A DNA stretch of 64,000 nucleotides from the human T2T-CHM13v2.0 reference genome, Homo sapiens. Shown here piece after piece: positions 62,651 to 64,000 of the stretch (within the stretch, counting starts at the first letter, position 1; each line of letters begins with the position of its first letter). Location of the stretch: assembly GCF_009914755.1 (NCBI RefSeq), contig NC_060928.1; one strand, 5' to 3'. The position numbers and the translations under genes were made by a program. The notes beneath the pieces are model-generated. The model saw only the letters and a list, made by a program, of their open reading frames with translations. It had not been told where the DNA came from and did not search any database.

Positions 62651-63839
62651 AGTTGTTTCAAGAGAATGAATATCCCACACCATTTACCTAAGAAAATGCC
62701 AGATTTTAAATTAAACTAAGTGTAAATTCTATATGGACATGGGGTAAGTATAACAGGAACTTAACTTCCCATTCCTGCTGAGAAAATGTTTACATTGGTA
62801 ATGTCCGGCAAGATAGAGAGAGAGGCAGAATTCCTTATTTACTACATGTGTCACCTGTTAGTAAATGCAGACAAATTGTAAATTTATAAACTATCCTAAT
62901 AAGTGAAATTGTAATTAATATTTACAGATTAAATAATGTATTTAGGGAGAAGTCTCAATAAACATGAGCTGTTATTATTTCCTTTTTAGTGTAAGACCTC
63001 ATGGAATTAAAGCAGAAGTGAAACACCTTTTATTCTGTAGTCTATGAGGCTTAGTTTCGTATATTAGTATACAAGGCGATTTTATATTTGAAATGTCAGA
63101 AAACTTTCATATTCATACATCTTCTTTCCACGACTATTTAGCTGCTTGTTTACTAATGTGTACAGAGCAAAATGGATGGAATGCCAGGGGAGAACTCCAA
63201 CTATCTCACTGGTTAAAGTTCCAAACATTAATTCTCCTGAAATTCACACAGCAACTGAAATGGCCTCTTCTATAAATAATGCCCTGCTTCCTGGTACTTC
63301 TATCATTTACAGCTGATAGTAGCAAGAGCAATCACAGCACATTATTTCTTAATCCCCCCTAAACGCCTTATCTATACATAAATCCTCTGAGTCCTGGAAG
63401 AATCTTTTATTGACCCTCCAAGACTTTTATTGCCATCTCTTTCTTTTTTTAATTGCCTCTTTTTCCTCCTCCTCCTTCTATACCTAAATCCATGATCTGA
63501 AAAAGGAGTTACAATTTTCATTTTTTAGGTAATGATGTATATATAGTTTCCTTCCCATCATGCTGTCAGGGTTGTAGGAAAGCAAAGATTCCCTGTTTTG
63601 AAAAGTCAACCTGAGAAAATGAATCACTGGACCGATGAAAGGTCTGTTGAGGACAATCAGCGCCTTTCCTCTTAGCTATCAGTTAACAATGACACCTAGT
63701 CCTTAGCATTTACTCAGTATAGAATAAAGATCGTTAACTATTTTATTACTAATACTTTCATCCCTGTAGACTTCCCAGCCCCCTGACTTTCTGTTCACTC
63801 TTCTCTTTATCTCTCTCTTCTTCCTTTTATCTTGGTCAT

Positions 63840-64000
63840 CACACAAACCCTTACTGAGTTCCTATTGTGGCAGAATTTTTGCTAGTGGCTCAGGATACAA
63901 GGATGACTGCATCATTTTAAGAAACTAACAGCCTGGTAGGAGAGATAGATAAGCAAAGAATCATAATACTCTGTGAATATGGGTGGTGATGGAAGCGTGA
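63840..64000 (-). mobile_element. L2 LINE 3' fragment
   Basis: TTACTGAGTTCCTATTGTG..CAGGATACAAGGATGA..AACAGCCTGGTAGGAGAGATAGA. Confidence 0.6.

Overview
AT-rich primate (human-like) genomic DNA, not a microbial locus. It is dominated by interspersed repeats: about 17 Alu copies, a near-full-length but dead L1PA5/6-type LINE-1 with an internal deletion, an L1PA13-type 3' fragment, five solo LTRs, nested Tigger7/MER44 and MER1 DNA transposons, many MIR/L2 relics, microsatellites and a ~950-bp AT-rich VNTR. No intact cellular protein-coding gene could be identified; nearly all ORFs in the track are repeat-derived or chance. All five LTRs and both primate L1s lie on the minus strand, which suggests the window is intronic to a plus-strand gene. 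Three strong plus-strand splice candidates (a donor at 1500, an 8-nt microexon at 43968, a 43-nt exon at 59890) join into one open frame. Other notable structures are a perfect 21-bp-stem hairpin, a 32-bp perfect palindrome, a recent 106-bp local duplication, and Alus with internal tandem duplications. I found no convincing evidence of a new biological system. Repeat subfamily names come from recalled consensus sequences and need RepeatMasker confirmation.
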